Shown piece by piece: positions 1 to 9,629 of a DNA stretch of 64,000 nt (position 1 is the stretch's first letter; each line of letters opens with the position of its first letter). Both the position numbers and the translations under genes were made by a program. Under the pieces are notes generated by a model. The model was not told where the DNA came from and searched no databases. It saw nothing but the letters and a program-made list of their open reading frames with translations. The stretch comes from an uncultured Pseudomonadales bacterium. Its GTDB lineage: Bacteria; Patescibacteriota; Microgenomatia; UBA1400; MFAQ01. Location: positions 47,007 through 111,006 of the forward strand of contig CAYHNG010000001.1 in the NCBI GenBank assembly GCA_964357975.1. The letters are read 5' to 3'.

Positions 1-494
1 TAGTAGCAGTAAATATTTTTTATGTTGGGTTTTGAAATAGGCGGAAGCGGCATAAAAACTGAGGAAAACCGCAAAGGAAACCAGAGAAGTATTTAATAAG
101 TTGGTGCTGTTTACAATCTCAGCAAAGGAGAACGCGGTGACTAGTGAAAGCACCACACCAAAAGTTTTGCCTCTGGCATTAAGGCCGGTGAGATAAGCCA
201 GAAAGACGGAAAGCACCGACAGCAAAGTAAAGCCAATCCATGGAGCCAAGATGCCGGGAATAAAAGCCGTAAAGAAGATGATGAAGTAATAGTAAAGAGG
301 TCCAAAATTGAAACCCCAGCTAGATGAGGGCGGTCCTAATAGAGGGGCACGGAGGAGGTGAATGGACTCCAGACCAATGAGGGCGTCTCGGCCCTGATCG
401 ACACTGACGTTGAGACGGCTGGTATAACCGCCAAACCTCAGGATAACTGCCAGAAGTAGGATAAGAAGCGGCCATGATTGCTTTTTAATAGACA
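1..494 (-). CDS. ArnT/GT83-like GT-C membrane glycosyltransferase, N-terminal fragment (gene runs off the left edge)
   Basis: The minus-strand frame is open from the GTG at 494 down to position 1 (VSIKKQSWPLLILLLAVILRFGGYTSRLNVSVDQGRDALIGLESIHLLRAPLLGPPSSSWGFNFGPLYYYF...). It shares the N-terminal motif set (F/V-D-Q-x-R-D, GPP-S, G-x-HGPL-YY) with the ORFs at 53327-54877, 59954-61588 and 31301-32713. It is absent from the ORF track because it has no ATG; the start is inferred. Confidence 0.5.
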
Positions 495-501
495 CAAGGT
501 T

Positions 502-1437
502 TTATAAATCTTCGAAATCGTATTTATTCCCGATAGATTCAATTTCTTTGAGGTGTTTGTGTCTATAAGTAAAGCGAAAGTATTTGGCATTGATGAGGAA
601 GTAGTAAAAACCATAGATAACTGAAGCAATGAAGCCATGTAAACCCTCTTTGTATAACTGCCAAATAAAATATTTATAAAGGGATTCTTTCAAGGGAGAT
701 AGGATCATCCTCAGAAAGAAATACCAATCAGACTTGTTCTTATCCCTTTCAAAAAGCAACAAAGCCTCCCTGGTCGAGTAATGATCTATTTTTCGGATGA
801 AGTCCACAATGGTAGGGTGTGAAAGATGCACCAGGTGTCCCCGCAGAGTAACAACACCTTTTATTTTGTTGACATACCAAGTCCTAATTAGAGGAATCTT
901 TAAAAGATATTTACCGTACCACCGGCCGGAAGATAAACTGGCGGTTTGAATACCAAACCCCTCTGCCGTCGAGTCTGTTTGATATTCAAAGATACCCTTT
1001 CGGAATAAACGGATAAAGGGTTTTTTCTTTTGGTCACTCTTATCAAAAAGCTTCCCAAACTCGTAATTGATAAAGCTGGTCTGGTAGAGATCAGCTTTTG
1101 GTTGATATTTTCCCAGTACCACCGAGCGAACCTCTCTCTGCAAAATGTAGTCCATGCGTTCGTCCACATCGAGTATCAACACCCAATCGTTTTTGGCTTT
1201 TTTGGCACCCCAGTTCTTATTTTTAAAAACAATGCCCCCAGAACGACCGGTATCCAGTAACACCCGGCAACCGAACTTTTTGGCTATTGTGGCACTTTTG
1301 TCTTCTGTCCGATAATCGACAACGACAATAATCTCCTCCGCAAAGTCACGAACGTGCCCCAGAAAGGCCGGCAGCAGTTTTTCTTCATTCATCACGGCAG
1401 TTACTATGGTAAGAGGAAGTTTGGATGTGTTGGACAT
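502..1437 (-). CDS. Glycosyltransferase family 2 (GT-A fold)
   Basis: Rossmann-like N-terminus LPLTIVTAVMNEE..., followed by EIIVVVDYRTEDKS and the DXD-type motif LILDVDE. The track start at 1452 is a TTG; I prefer the ATG at 1437 (MSNTSKLP), which removes the overlap with the upstream gene. Confidence 0.8.
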   Translation of the reverse strand: MSNTSKLPLTIVTAVMNEEKLLPAFLGHVRDFAEEIIVVVDYRTEDKSATIAKKFGCRVLLDTGRSGGIVFKNKNWGAKKAKNDWVLILDVDERMDYILQREVRSVVLGKYQPKADLYQTSFINYEFGKLFDKSDQKKKPFIRLFRKGIFEYQTDSTAEGFGIQTASLSSGRWYGKYLLKIPLIRTWYVNKIKGVVTLRGHLVHLSHPTIVDFIRKIDHYSTREALLLFERDKNKSDWYFFLRMILSPLKESLYKYFIWQLYKEGLHGFIASVIYGFYYFLINAKYFRFTYRHKHLKEIESIGNKYDFEDL

Positions 1438-1441
1438 GTGT

Positions 1442-3184
1442 CTATTGTCCAAATAAATATTTAAATAAAACAGTGTTCGATGGTCCCCTGTCTAAGGGTG
1501 CCACTTTAACCTGGCCGGAACGTGTAAGATCGGGGCTGGTTCTGAAAACTATTTTTTCGTCGGACCAGTAAATCATATATTCACCCTGCTCAATGTCCCC
1601 AATATATAGTTTACCTACAAAAGGGATGTTCCGGAAATTTTTTCCATAGATCACCACATCGGTCCAGGCCTCGTTCGTCACATCGGGGGAAACGGAAAGG
1701 ATCTTGGGTCGCGTTTCGAATTCGATGGATTTAGAGACAATTTTCCCCGAGAGAAGATTAAAAGCAAGAACGGTCAACAAGAGTGCGTAAATTGTTTTCT
1801 GGGTAATCTTGTGGAACACCAGAAAAGTGAAAAGGAGGAAAACTAACTCAGGAATCAACAAGGTTAGAAAATACCTCTGTGAGTAAGTATCCGGATAGAA
1901 GGCCACGAATTTGGGAATTACTCGGTAGATGGCCAGAGCCGGTGACAGTACAAAGAGATAGAAGACTAGGGTGGAGAAGAATATTACCAATAATGAGACA
2001 ATACAAAACAATAGTATTTTGGTGGCCAAGCGAGGAGTGGTTCTTAGCCAAAAAATAAGACCTTTTTCTTGGCTGGGATGACTGCGAATAATGGAGTCTA
2101 AAGAAAGTTGGTCTATGGTAGTGAGGTAAAAATCACGAAGATTTTGTGCATATATAGGAAGATCTCTGACCCAGTAATCCTGTGAAACTTTGAACCGATG
2201 GAAGTTGTGGAAAAAGGACTTCAGGCTGAAGGTGGCAGACGGCTTGTATTTAGTCTCATAAACCTGCTGAGCTACGGTAATGCAGAGAAACAGATAAGCC
2301 CAGACAGCCGTTTTTTCGGCATAGGCTTGGTAGCCAAAAACGAGCATCACTGGGGTTAGAACAAGGAATCCAAGTGCAAAAACGGCGGCAACTCTAGATT
2401 CAAAACGGAATCGGTGAACAATTAAACCCCAGAAGAAAAGGAGCGCAATAAAGAGGAAGTCGTAGCTTCTGGTCAGCCAAAACAAATCATAAAAAGAAAA
2501 GAACAGGGCAAATAGAGTCAGATATTGGTAGCTTAGTCCTTCCGTAAGCAGGTAGACAAGGTAAAGAATAAGAGGGAGGAAAAAGAAGAATGTGTTTAGT
2601 CGTATCTCCGGGTCACCAAAAATGTTGGAAAGCTTATTAATGAAAAAGTATGTGAACAATCTTCGATCTGAGAGTAGTTCAGCTTTGGGATACGAAGATT
2701 TGGCGGTAAAAACCGGTGTCTGGTAATCTATCAAGATGCCACTACCGGTAGCGCCTCTGAGCGACTCCAATTGAAATTCGTAGTTCTTGCCATCGGAGTT
2801 GCTAATAACGGGGAAGCCGAAGGGGAAGTGTTTACTAGGGAGAAACTGATCGGTCTCGTACTTGGCTTCGTAGTACCACCGATCTTGACCTTGTTCTTTA
2901 AGGCGGAATACCAAGGTGTCCTTGCTATCGCGATTCTGATTGTGGAAGCGAAGAGAGATAATTCCCAGATTGGTATATTTTGAACGGAAAGTACCCCAGA
3001 CCTTATCCCCTTTCAAGAGTTCTCCGGACCGGCTGGCGACCATTTGGTCCAATGTACGGACATCCAGATTGGTGGCACCGAACTCTCCGGCTTTGAGATA
3101 GTTTAGTAAGCTATATGCGCCAATTACAAAAAGAATTAAGGGGAAGACATACCTAAAGAAGAATTGACTAATCTTTTGTTTCAC
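1442..3184 (-). CDS. Polytopic membrane protein with a C-terminal IPT/TIG-like beta-sandwich domain; function unknown
   Basis: More than 10 predicted TM helices. The C-terminus SVSPDVTNEAWTDVVIYGKNF...GQVKVAPLD resembles IPT/TIG domains. The ATG at 3313 (and the one at 3277) would overlap the upstream SNase gene by 110 nt (73 nt). The GTG at 3184, 20 nt after the SNase stop, gives a classic signal-anchor N-terminus (V/M-KQKISQFFFRYVFPLILFVIGAYSLL). Confidence 0.55.
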   Translation of the reverse strand: MKQKISQFFFRYVFPLILFVIGAYSLLNYLKAGEFGATNLDVRTLDQMVASRSGELLKGDKVWGTFRSKYTNLGIISLRFHNQNRDSKDTLVFRLKEQGQDRWYYEAKYETDQFLPSKHFPFGFPVISNSDGKNYEFQLESLRGATGSGILIDYQTPVFTAKSSYPKAELLSDRRLFTYFFINKLSNIFGDPEIRLNTFFFFLPLILYLVYLLTEGLSYQYLTLFALFFSFYDLFWLTRSYDFLFIALLFFWGLIVHRFRFESRVAAVFALGFLVLTPVMLVFGYQAYAEKTAVWAYLFLCITVAQQVYETKYKPSATFSLKSFFHNFHRFKVSQDYWVRDLPIYAQNLRDFYLTTIDQLSLDSIIRSHPSQEKGLIFWLRTTPRLATKILLFCIVSLLVIFFSTLVFYLFVLSPALAIYRVIPKFVAFYPDTYSQRYFLTLLIPELVFLLFTFLVFHKITQKTIYALLLTVLAFNLLSGKIVSKSIEFETRPKILSVSPDVTNEAWTDVVIYGKNFRNIPFVGKLYIGDIEQGEYMIYWSDEKIVFRTSPDLTRSGQVKVAPLDRGPSNTVLFKYLFGQ

Positions 3185-3203
3185 AAAGCCTATTATATAG
3201 ATT

Positions 3204-3740
3204 CTATCGGCATGCGGACCAGAGACCGAGTTTGGACTCTCTTGCGTATTTTTCACTGCTCTGAAACAGAGCAACATTTTTAACGTCCGGAGGAAAAGTG
3301 GAGATTTTGGCATATCCCTCTTTGACCAATCGGTCGTTGATCATTTGTTCTCCAATATACACATAACGAAGGAGCCGGCCATAGCGGTCCGTTTCAGAGA
3401 TGTCTTTGACCAATACCACTTCCTGGCCTGTCAGCAGTTCTTCTGCTTTCTTTTTGGCCTCAGTGGCAAAACAATCGATAGTTTTGTTTTTGTTCTTCAT
3501 CTCCGGAGTGTCGACACCAATGAGACGAACTTTGATACCGCCGTTAATCTCGAAAGTATCGCCATCAATCACGCGGGTCACTTTTTCGGTAGATTTGGTT
3601 GGAGTTACTTCTTGACCGGATGGGACTAAGGTAGACCTAACTGGCTGATGTAGAAGATAGAAAGATAATAAGAAAAGATACGTACCAACCAAAAAGAATT
3701 GGAGAAAAACTTTGGAAAACTTGAAAGTCTTTATTTTCAT
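3204..3740 (-). CDS. Membrane-anchored thermonuclease / staphylococcal-nuclease (SNase) family protein
   Basis: N-terminal TM helix, then SNase hallmarks VIDGDTFEI...VRLIGVDTPE...DRYGRLLRYVY...NDRLVKEGYA. ATGA overlap with the upstream GT2 gene. Confidence 0.85.
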   Translation of the reverse strand: MKIKTFKFSKVFLQFFLVGTYLFLLSFYLLHQPVRSTLVPSGQEVTPTKSTEKVTRVIDGDTFEINGGIKVRLIGVDTPEMKNKNKTIDCFATEAKKKAEELLTGQEVVLVKDISETDRYGRLLRYVYIGEQMINDRLVKEGYAKISTFPPDVKNVALFQSSEKYARESKLGLWSACR

Positions 3741-4498
3741 CCGATGATTAAACCAACAAAGAAGGAAAGGATCGACGACGGCGATTCTTTGATAATTCTG
3801 GCGACGATCACAGTCACAGAGACCAAACTAAAAGGAAAAGCCACATGTTTGGAGATCAGCCTACCATAAGACCGGTAATACTGAGTATCTCTGCCTTTCC
3901 TATCTAACCTGGTGCCCCCGGATATGGCACGGTGATGATAAACCAAAGCGTAAGGAGAGAAGGAGATGAGACCAAACTTCCCCGCCCGAAAACTGAGGTC
4001 AATTTCCTCAAAAGCAGATAGAGGAGTTGGCCACTTTTCATCGAAGCCCGTGACCGCTAATAAGACTTTTTTTCTAAAAGACATGTTGCAGCCATAGACG
4101 AACTCCACTGTCTGCTTCTTAGTACTCCAAAAACTCTTATTGAATTTGGTTAAATAATTATTGGTTTCTCCGGTCACAACATCGTTCGACGAGGGAACTG
4201 ATTCACCATCGTTGATCACTCTTCCGGAAACGCCAATGACATTAGGATCTTCATATTCTTTGATATGGGCAGGAATAGTATCTTTGGTAATTTCGACATC
4301 ATCGTCGAAAAAGATAATAATCTCCCCTGTAGATTTTCTTAACCCTTCATTTTTGGCTCGTGAAGTATTTGGCTCGCCAGAGCCGCTTTGATCGATAATG
4401 AACACTTCACAATTTGGGGAGTATTGCAAAATTTGTCGCTTAAGATTCTCTGCGAGGCCGGGACGGTTGTAGGTAGGTATGACGACAGTAACTTTCAT
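3737..4498 (-). CDS. Glycosyltransferase family 2
   Basis: MKVTVVIPTYNRP start, DQSGSGEP, DXD motif FFDDDVEI; typical GT-A. Confidence 0.85.
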   Translation of the reverse strand: MKVTVVIPTYNRPGLAENLKRQILQYSPNCEVFIIDQSGSGEPNTSRAKNEGLRKSTGEIIIFFDDDVEITKDTIPAHIKEYEDPNVIGVSGRVINDGESVPSSNDVVTGETNNYLTKFNKSFWSTKKQTVEFVYGCNMSFRKKVLLAVTGFDEKWPTPLSAFEEIDLSFRAGKFGLISFSPYALVYHHRAISGGTRLDRKGRDTQYYRSYGRLISKHVAFPFSLVSVTVIVARIIKESPSSILSFFVGLIIG

Positions 4499-4549
4499 CG
4501 ATTCCTAATTATCCCACAAGCGCCATTGATTTGGATTCAAAAATTCAAA

Positions 4550-5632
4550 CTATGCTCCCTTGACACCTGAAAATATTCCTCCGTAACGCAACACATATTT
4601 GAAGCCCACTAAAGGCTTTAACATCTGATTGATTTCCTTGTCAGAATAGAAGCCAATGATTGGTGGGGTTAGGTGATCGAACCAATTGTGGGTGAGTAGC
4701 ATAAAGTCTGGCTCTCTCTTTTGTGTCCTGTGGGTTGGATAACATTCCTCCATGTCTCGAATGTAACTTGAGTTTTTTAAAATACTATTTGGAATTTTGA
4801 AAAACAGATACGAGGGAAGAGCCAAGAGCTTGCTAATAAGCAGTACTACCGGTAAGGGGAGGCGTAGAGTAAAAAATCTCAGAAACAAGATAAAATTTAC
4901 CAATATTGACATTAATGGCGAGTTTGGCTTAGTGTAGACCGTGCCCGTATAAAACCCTCCTATTTTTATTTTTCTGTAGACGAGTTCAATCGCCTTTTTG
5001 GGATATGGCAAATGCTGAATTACACCAATTAAATAGGCAAAATCCAGCGATCGTTCTTTAAGAAATTCGGTATAGAGATCGGCCTGGATAATGATTACAT
5101 TCTTTTGTTTTTTGCACCTTTTGGCGGCTATATCAACAGCATTGGAAAGATCGCTGCCAATCATTAGTCCTTCTTTGCCGACTGACTTGGCGGCATTTAA
5201 CAGATCCCTTCCGTTTCCGACAGCGGGGTCCCAACCCTTTTTCCCGGAAAAAAATTCAGCCCTTTTATCAACAATTTCTAAAAAATGGTTCTCGGCAAAA
5301 TCAGGAAGTTTCTTCCAGATATGCCATTCGTAGCCAAACTGTTGCTGAGTTTTTGATTTTTGTCTCTCTATCTTGTTCTTTTCCTTTATGTCGGTGATGT
5401 TTAGAAAATACTTATTTAAAATGTCGATGCGTGAAATATAGTTATAATAATAGGAATAACAGTTTTTCAGTAAATCTCCCCTTAGTAGCCTAGGAATATC
5501 TTTGATAATCGGAAAAGTGGTTTTACACCCAACACACTCTATTAATCCGTAGTCGTCCTTGTAGTCATTAACTTTTAGGCTTCCACCGCAATTAATACAA
5601 AAAATATATTTTTCGACAGCCTTGACGTTCAT
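4550..5632 (-). CDS. Class I SAM-dependent methyltransferase with an N-terminal Trm112-like zinc ribbon
   Basis: CINCGG...CVGCK zinc-ribbon pairs at the N-terminus. Methyltransferase motif I is WDPAVGNGRD, with post-I IGSDLS and motif II/III IIIQADL / AYLIGVIQHL. Confidence 0.75.
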   Translation of the reverse strand: MNVKAVEKYIFCINCGGSLKVNDYKDDYGLIECVGCKTTFPIIKDIPRLLRGDLLKNCYSYYYNYISRIDILNKYFLNITDIKEKNKIERQKSKTQQQFGYEWHIWKKLPDFAENHFLEIVDKRAEFFSGKKGWDPAVGNGRDLLNAAKSVGKEGLMIGSDLSNAVDIAAKRCKKQKNVIIIQADLYTEFLKERSLDFAYLIGVIQHLPYPKKAIELVYRKIKIGGFYTGTVYTKPNSPLMSILVNFILFLRFFTLRLPLPVVLLISKLLALPSYLFFKIPNSILKNSSYIRDMEECYPTHRTQKREPDFMLLTHNWFDHLTPPIIGFYSDKEINQMLKPLVGFKYVLRYGGIFSGVKGA

Positions 5633-5673
5633 TGATTATAATAATATATCACTGAACTTGTTTGTTTTACTGT

Positions 5674-7140
5674 TTACTTGATATCGAAACCCCACGAGTA
5701 AAGCTCCAATGGCCACTTGTCATTTGTGGATATTTCCATAGCTTCCACCCTCAGCTCAAGCTTCATGTTCTTTTTGACAAACTCTTTAATGTCTTCCGGC
5801 ATAAGTGACTGCCAATCGTTAACAATTACCAATCCTTTATGGTATTTTGCCTTTTCTATCTTAAAATCTTTGAGTGTTCTGTATTGCCACGATTTGACAA
5901 AATCTAAAAACCGCGGTTCCTTTGCGTCGATGGTAAAAATGGCCGCCGGGTTTTTGTCGGTATACCAGCTAAGTGTATCGAACGGACCGACAAAAACAGG
6001 CAATTTATCAAAATTGGGAAAGAGTTGGTATGTTTTCTGGAAAAAGGTTTTGTAATCTGCGTTTTGGACATCAGAGCTAAAGTCGGCATTTGGCGTGTAA
6101 TATGCCGCAGGCTTCCGGACGACCTTATATCCCCCTGCGTAAACCAACATGAAAACAGCCATACAAACAAAAAGTGAATTCTTGAAAAGAGACTCCCCGA
6201 CTTTTGCCCAGAAGACACCAAAAAACACAATAATCAATCCAAACAAGGGCATTAGATATCTAATATTGTGGCTATATTGAATGAAATTCCAGCTATATAG
6301 TAGTGCCAGTAACGTAGCTCCCACACCCAACTTTAGCCTTCTATCTTCGATGGTAAAAAACCCGACAAAGGCCGGCAAAGTGAATAAACCGTACTGTCTC
6401 CAAAAAAGATCTCGAAGAAAAGTTGTCCAATTGTGGTTAGGGTTAATAATAATTGGTAAAAATAGGTAAATTCTCTGCCACCAAAATAATACAAGAAAGA
6501 TGGGGACCAAAGCTATCAGGTATTTCCCAAGCTGTTTTGGATTCTTGAAAAGCAAAGGAATTGTGATACACAAATAAGGTATAAAACAGATAGATCCTAT
6601 CAGGTTATAAAGAGCGGCGATACAACTCAGTAGAATTATGCCTATGTGGAGCGAGATTTTTCTAATATCATTCTGCAAAAATGTTGAGAGATATAAGGTT
6701 ATTAAGAAAATGGTCTCAATTGCGGCATAGGGCTTGGCTTGGGTTGAATAGGCTAGATTAAGCTGAAAAAGTGTGAAGATTGTAGCGGAGAGAACACCTC
6801 CCCATTTATTGGAAAGTTTCCGGGTTAGTAAATAGACAAAAATTATCCCAAAAGTGCCCCACAAAACGCTAGGAAGACGAGCAGACCACTCTGAGAAACC
6901 AAGTATACGAAAGGCAATCGCTGTAGTGACGACCTGCAACCTTTGGTAACCGACGATCTCAATTTTAGACAGAAATGGAGTTTTCCCCAAGACCACGTCT
7001 CTTGAAAAGGAGCTAACGGCTGACTCGTCTGCCCAAAACGAGTGGTTGGTGCTTATGCCTTGGAGCCTAATACACAATCCAACGATAAATAACCCCGTAA
7101 CAAATACAATTTCCCAGATATTTCTTTTGAACCAGGTCAC
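5674..7140 (-). CDS. PMT/GT39-like GT-C membrane glycosyltransferase (polyprenol-P-sugar dependent)
   Basis: Polytopic. Loop-1 motif FWADESAVSSFSRDVVLGK...GFSEWSARLPSVLWG parallels the DE-motif paralogs at 40377-51312. GTG start at 7140. Has a roughly 120-aa C-terminal soluble domain. Confidence 0.7.
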   Translation of the reverse strand: MTWFKRNIWEIVFVTGLFIVGLCIRLQGISTNHSFWADESAVSSFSRDVVLGKTPFLSKIEIVGYQRLQVVTTAIAFRILGFSEWSARLPSVLWGTFGIIFVYLLTRKLSNKWGGVLSATIFTLFQLNLAYSTQAKPYAAIETIFLITLYLSTFLQNDIRKISLHIGIILLSCIAALYNLIGSICFIPYLCITIPLLFKNPKQLGKYLIALVPIFLVLFWWQRIYLFLPIIINPNHNWTTFLRDLFWRQYGLFTLPAFVGFFTIEDRRLKLGVGATLLALLYSWNFIQYSHNIRYLMPLFGLIIVFFGVFWAKVGESLFKNSLFVCMAVFMLVYAGGYKVVRKPAAYYTPNADFSSDVQNADYKTFFQKTYQLFPNFDKLPVFVGPFDTLSWYTDKNPAAIFTIDAKEPRFLDFVKSWQYRTLKDFKIEKAKYHKGLVIVNDWQSLMPEDIKEFVKKNMKLELRVEAMEISTNDKWPLELYSWGFDIK

Positions 7141-7148
7141 AACATATT

Positions 7149-9590
7149 CTAACTCACTCGACGGGAATGTATATCCTCTATGAAGAACAAGGTTACCAAA
7201 CTAACCACTGCCAATCCCGATATTGCTAATCCAAAATAAAACAACCGTTGAGGCCAAAATTCCACAATCAGATAGATATCAAATGAACCGTCCGGGTTTT
7301 TGTAACAAGAACTTGTTTCTTTGACACACACGCTGTAGGGATCCAGATTCCATCCGTTGGCATAATCGTTTGCCTTGAAGTAGTTCGATTCTGTAATTAT
7401 AGGATCGGATAACCAGGTATTCCAAAAACTCACTCCAGGTAAGTTGTCATTTTGGATGGTGCCATGAATTTTTTTAGAGAAAAAGTCAACCGTGTACGGC
7501 TGACTATCAGTTACCGAGTATTGATATCCAATCCATGCACCATATTTTTTGACTTTCTTTGCACCGTCACCGAGAGTGGAAACAGCATTTTGATCAATAT
7601 ACTGGACAATTTCTTCTTTATTGGCCTGATCCGGATTGTTTCTAAAGGATGTATAAATAAAATCGGAATTTATGTTCTTTTTTTGCTCTCCTGCCGGGTA
7701 TATTTTCCACCCCACATCCATTGACTCATTGAATACGAGTTTACTGGAGTCTGAGATATTTTTGAGATTTACCCTATAGGTTACGTTAGATATTTTCTTA
7801 TACTCGACAGAGGCGGAATTACCTGCGGTGACCAACTTGGGATTCTCAAGATAAAAATGCGGCAGAAAATATCTATCCGGAACTCGAAATAAGTCGAGAA
7901 GCTTTGATTGATATGCAGGCTCCAAAATGTTCCCCAAAACGTAGTTGTTCTTCCAGTATCCACCTGGGTCATCGTAACTGAATAGGTCGTTATGCCTTAA
8001 TATATACCTACTGTTTACGGAAGCGAATTTATCAAGTTTCGATTCAATATCTGTCTGAAATAAATTAAGAATGTTACAGTTAGTAGAAAATCCGGAACAG
8101 ATAGAGATAAAACTCTTACTTGATAATAAATTTAGCAGATCAACTCCTTCATGCTTTTTGTATCCAAAATCGAAAAAGCCGAATAACGCAAAGGGGTATT
8201 CATAGATGTTAGAATCATAAAGATTTTGATTAATTATTTTTGAAACATTCAAGTAGTCTTCCGGAATATATGGCAGGTTCCTATGATCCCAAAATCCGAC
8301 TTTATCTCGATAAAATACGCCGCCAGTAACGAGAGGATAACTAATTGCCAAAATTGAAATCAGACAGATGATAAATATTGATTTGAAGATGTTCTTACGA
8401 AACACCAACTCTTGTAAACTCATGCCGGCAAGTATCCCGATAGATAAAAAGATGGGGCCACCAAATTTGGTTGGGGGTGCTCTAAAGAGGTTAAACAAAG
8501 GAATCTTTGAATAGAATAATTTCCATATTTCCCCGGTGGGTCCTTGAATTCCATTGGCCAGAAGTAGGTGTAATACCAGTAGGACTAAGGAGAATAAGTA
8601 GATATGCCTAACGGTAGAGGATTTGTGTTTAACAATCAGAGAATAAAACGCGAGTATAGGGAAAACTAACAAAGAAACTTTGAAAAACACATTTTCTCTA
8701 TACAATGAAGAAAAATAGTACCAAGAATCGCCTGCCCACCCTGTTTCCCATAACCAATGGCTCGTTCCTGATAATAACCCCAGAATACCTCCTCTTTGCC
8801 CCGCCACATCGGGCCAATTAAACCCAAACGATCCGCTTTCGCTAATTAGTGACCCAGTAAACCCTGAAAGATAAAAATATCCTGTGGGAATAATCCAATA
8901 GAGATTGGTAAGAATTGAGACTATGGTTAAGATGGTAATCTTCTTTAATGAAGTCGCTTTATTTTCTGAAAGCCAATATTTTATCAATAGAAATAAGACT
9001 GAAGGGATCAATAGAGTTCCCAATGACATAGGGATGTTGCTGAGCCCCCCCCCAAAGACTAATGAGAGGGTGGCGACACCGATTAAAGACGAATTCCAGT
9101 ATTTGTGAGAATCCCAGTATCTTGAAAGCAAATACAGACATAATGGTAATGAAAGATAGATCGAAATAAGGAAAATGTGACCGTCATAAATCCTGCAGAC
9201 TACGAAAAGATTAAATACGTAATAGGCAGAAACCAGAAGGGAAACTGCATATTTTTTGAATAAATATTGAAAAAATAGCAAAGCAGAACCCAGACCAAAA
9301 CAAAATATCAACACGTAAGTGATAATTTCACCTAGAAAAACATTATTAAAAACAAATGATGCCTTTAATAAAAGTGCCATCGGTATGGCAGAGACAATCA
9401 AGGGGTTGAACTCACCAAGGTTTGAGTTTTTGGCCCATACATAAATGGTTTGATCTACACTTCCGGTCTGGAATATGGGAGCATAATCGTGGAAAATAAA
9501 GAGTCCATGTTTGAAAAAATTATAAAATATTATGCCTAACGACAAAAAAAGGGCTATTATGATAAATCTTTGAAGGGGTGTTGTTTTCAC
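7149..9590 (-). CDS. Large (813 aa) polytopic membrane protein with a roughly 400-aa C-terminal extracytoplasmic domain; possible GT-C-type glycosyltransferase
   Basis: About 12 N-terminal TM helices, then a long soluble domain. GTG start. I recognise no catalytic motif with certainty; the assignment rests on context. Confidence 0.45.
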   Translation of the reverse strand: MKTTPLQRFIIIALFLSLGIIFYNFFKHGLFIFHDYAPIFQTGSVDQTIYVWAKNSNLGEFNPLIVSAIPMALLLKASFVFNNVFLGEIITYVLIFCFGLGSALLFFQYLFKKYAVSLLVSAYYVFNLFVVCRIYDGHIFLISIYLSLPLCLYLLSRYWDSHKYWNSSLIGVATLSLVFGGGLSNIPMSLGTLLIPSVLFLLIKYWLSENKATSLKKITILTIVSILTNLYWIIPTGYFYLSGFTGSLISESGSFGFNWPDVAGQRGGILGLLSGTSHWLWETGWAGDSWYYFSSLYRENVFFKVSLLVFPILAFYSLIVKHKSSTVRHIYLFSLVLLVLHLLLANGIQGPTGEIWKLFYSKIPLFNLFRAPPTKFGGPIFLSIGILAGMSLQELVFRKNIFKSIFIICLISILAISYPLVTGGVFYRDKVGFWDHRNLPYIPEDYLNVSKIINQNLYDSNIYEYPFALFGFFDFGYKKHEGVDLLNLLSSKSFISICSGFSTNCNILNLFQTDIESKLDKFASVNSRYILRHNDLFSYDDPGGYWKNNYVLGNILEPAYQSKLLDLFRVPDRYFLPHFYLENPKLVTAGNSASVEYKKISNVTYRVNLKNISDSSKLVFNESMDVGWKIYPAGEQKKNINSDFIYTSFRNNPDQANKEEIVQYIDQNAVSTLGDGAKKVKKYGAWIGYQYSVTDSQPYTVDFFSKKIHGTIQNDNLPGVSFWNTWLSDPIITESNYFKANDYANGWNLDPYSVCVKETSSCYKNPDGSFDIYLIVEFWPQRLFYFGLAISGLAVVSLVTLFFIEDIHSRRVS

Positions 9591-9629
9591 TTGTATTCTG
9601 GAATAATGGGTTCGCGGTGGATTCTATAT

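Noticed and set aside
438-638. 66-aa minus-strand ORF at the left edge
   Set aside because: It overlaps the end of the GT2 gene and the better-supported, motif-bearing partial ArnT-like frame at 1-494, which is the more plausible reading.
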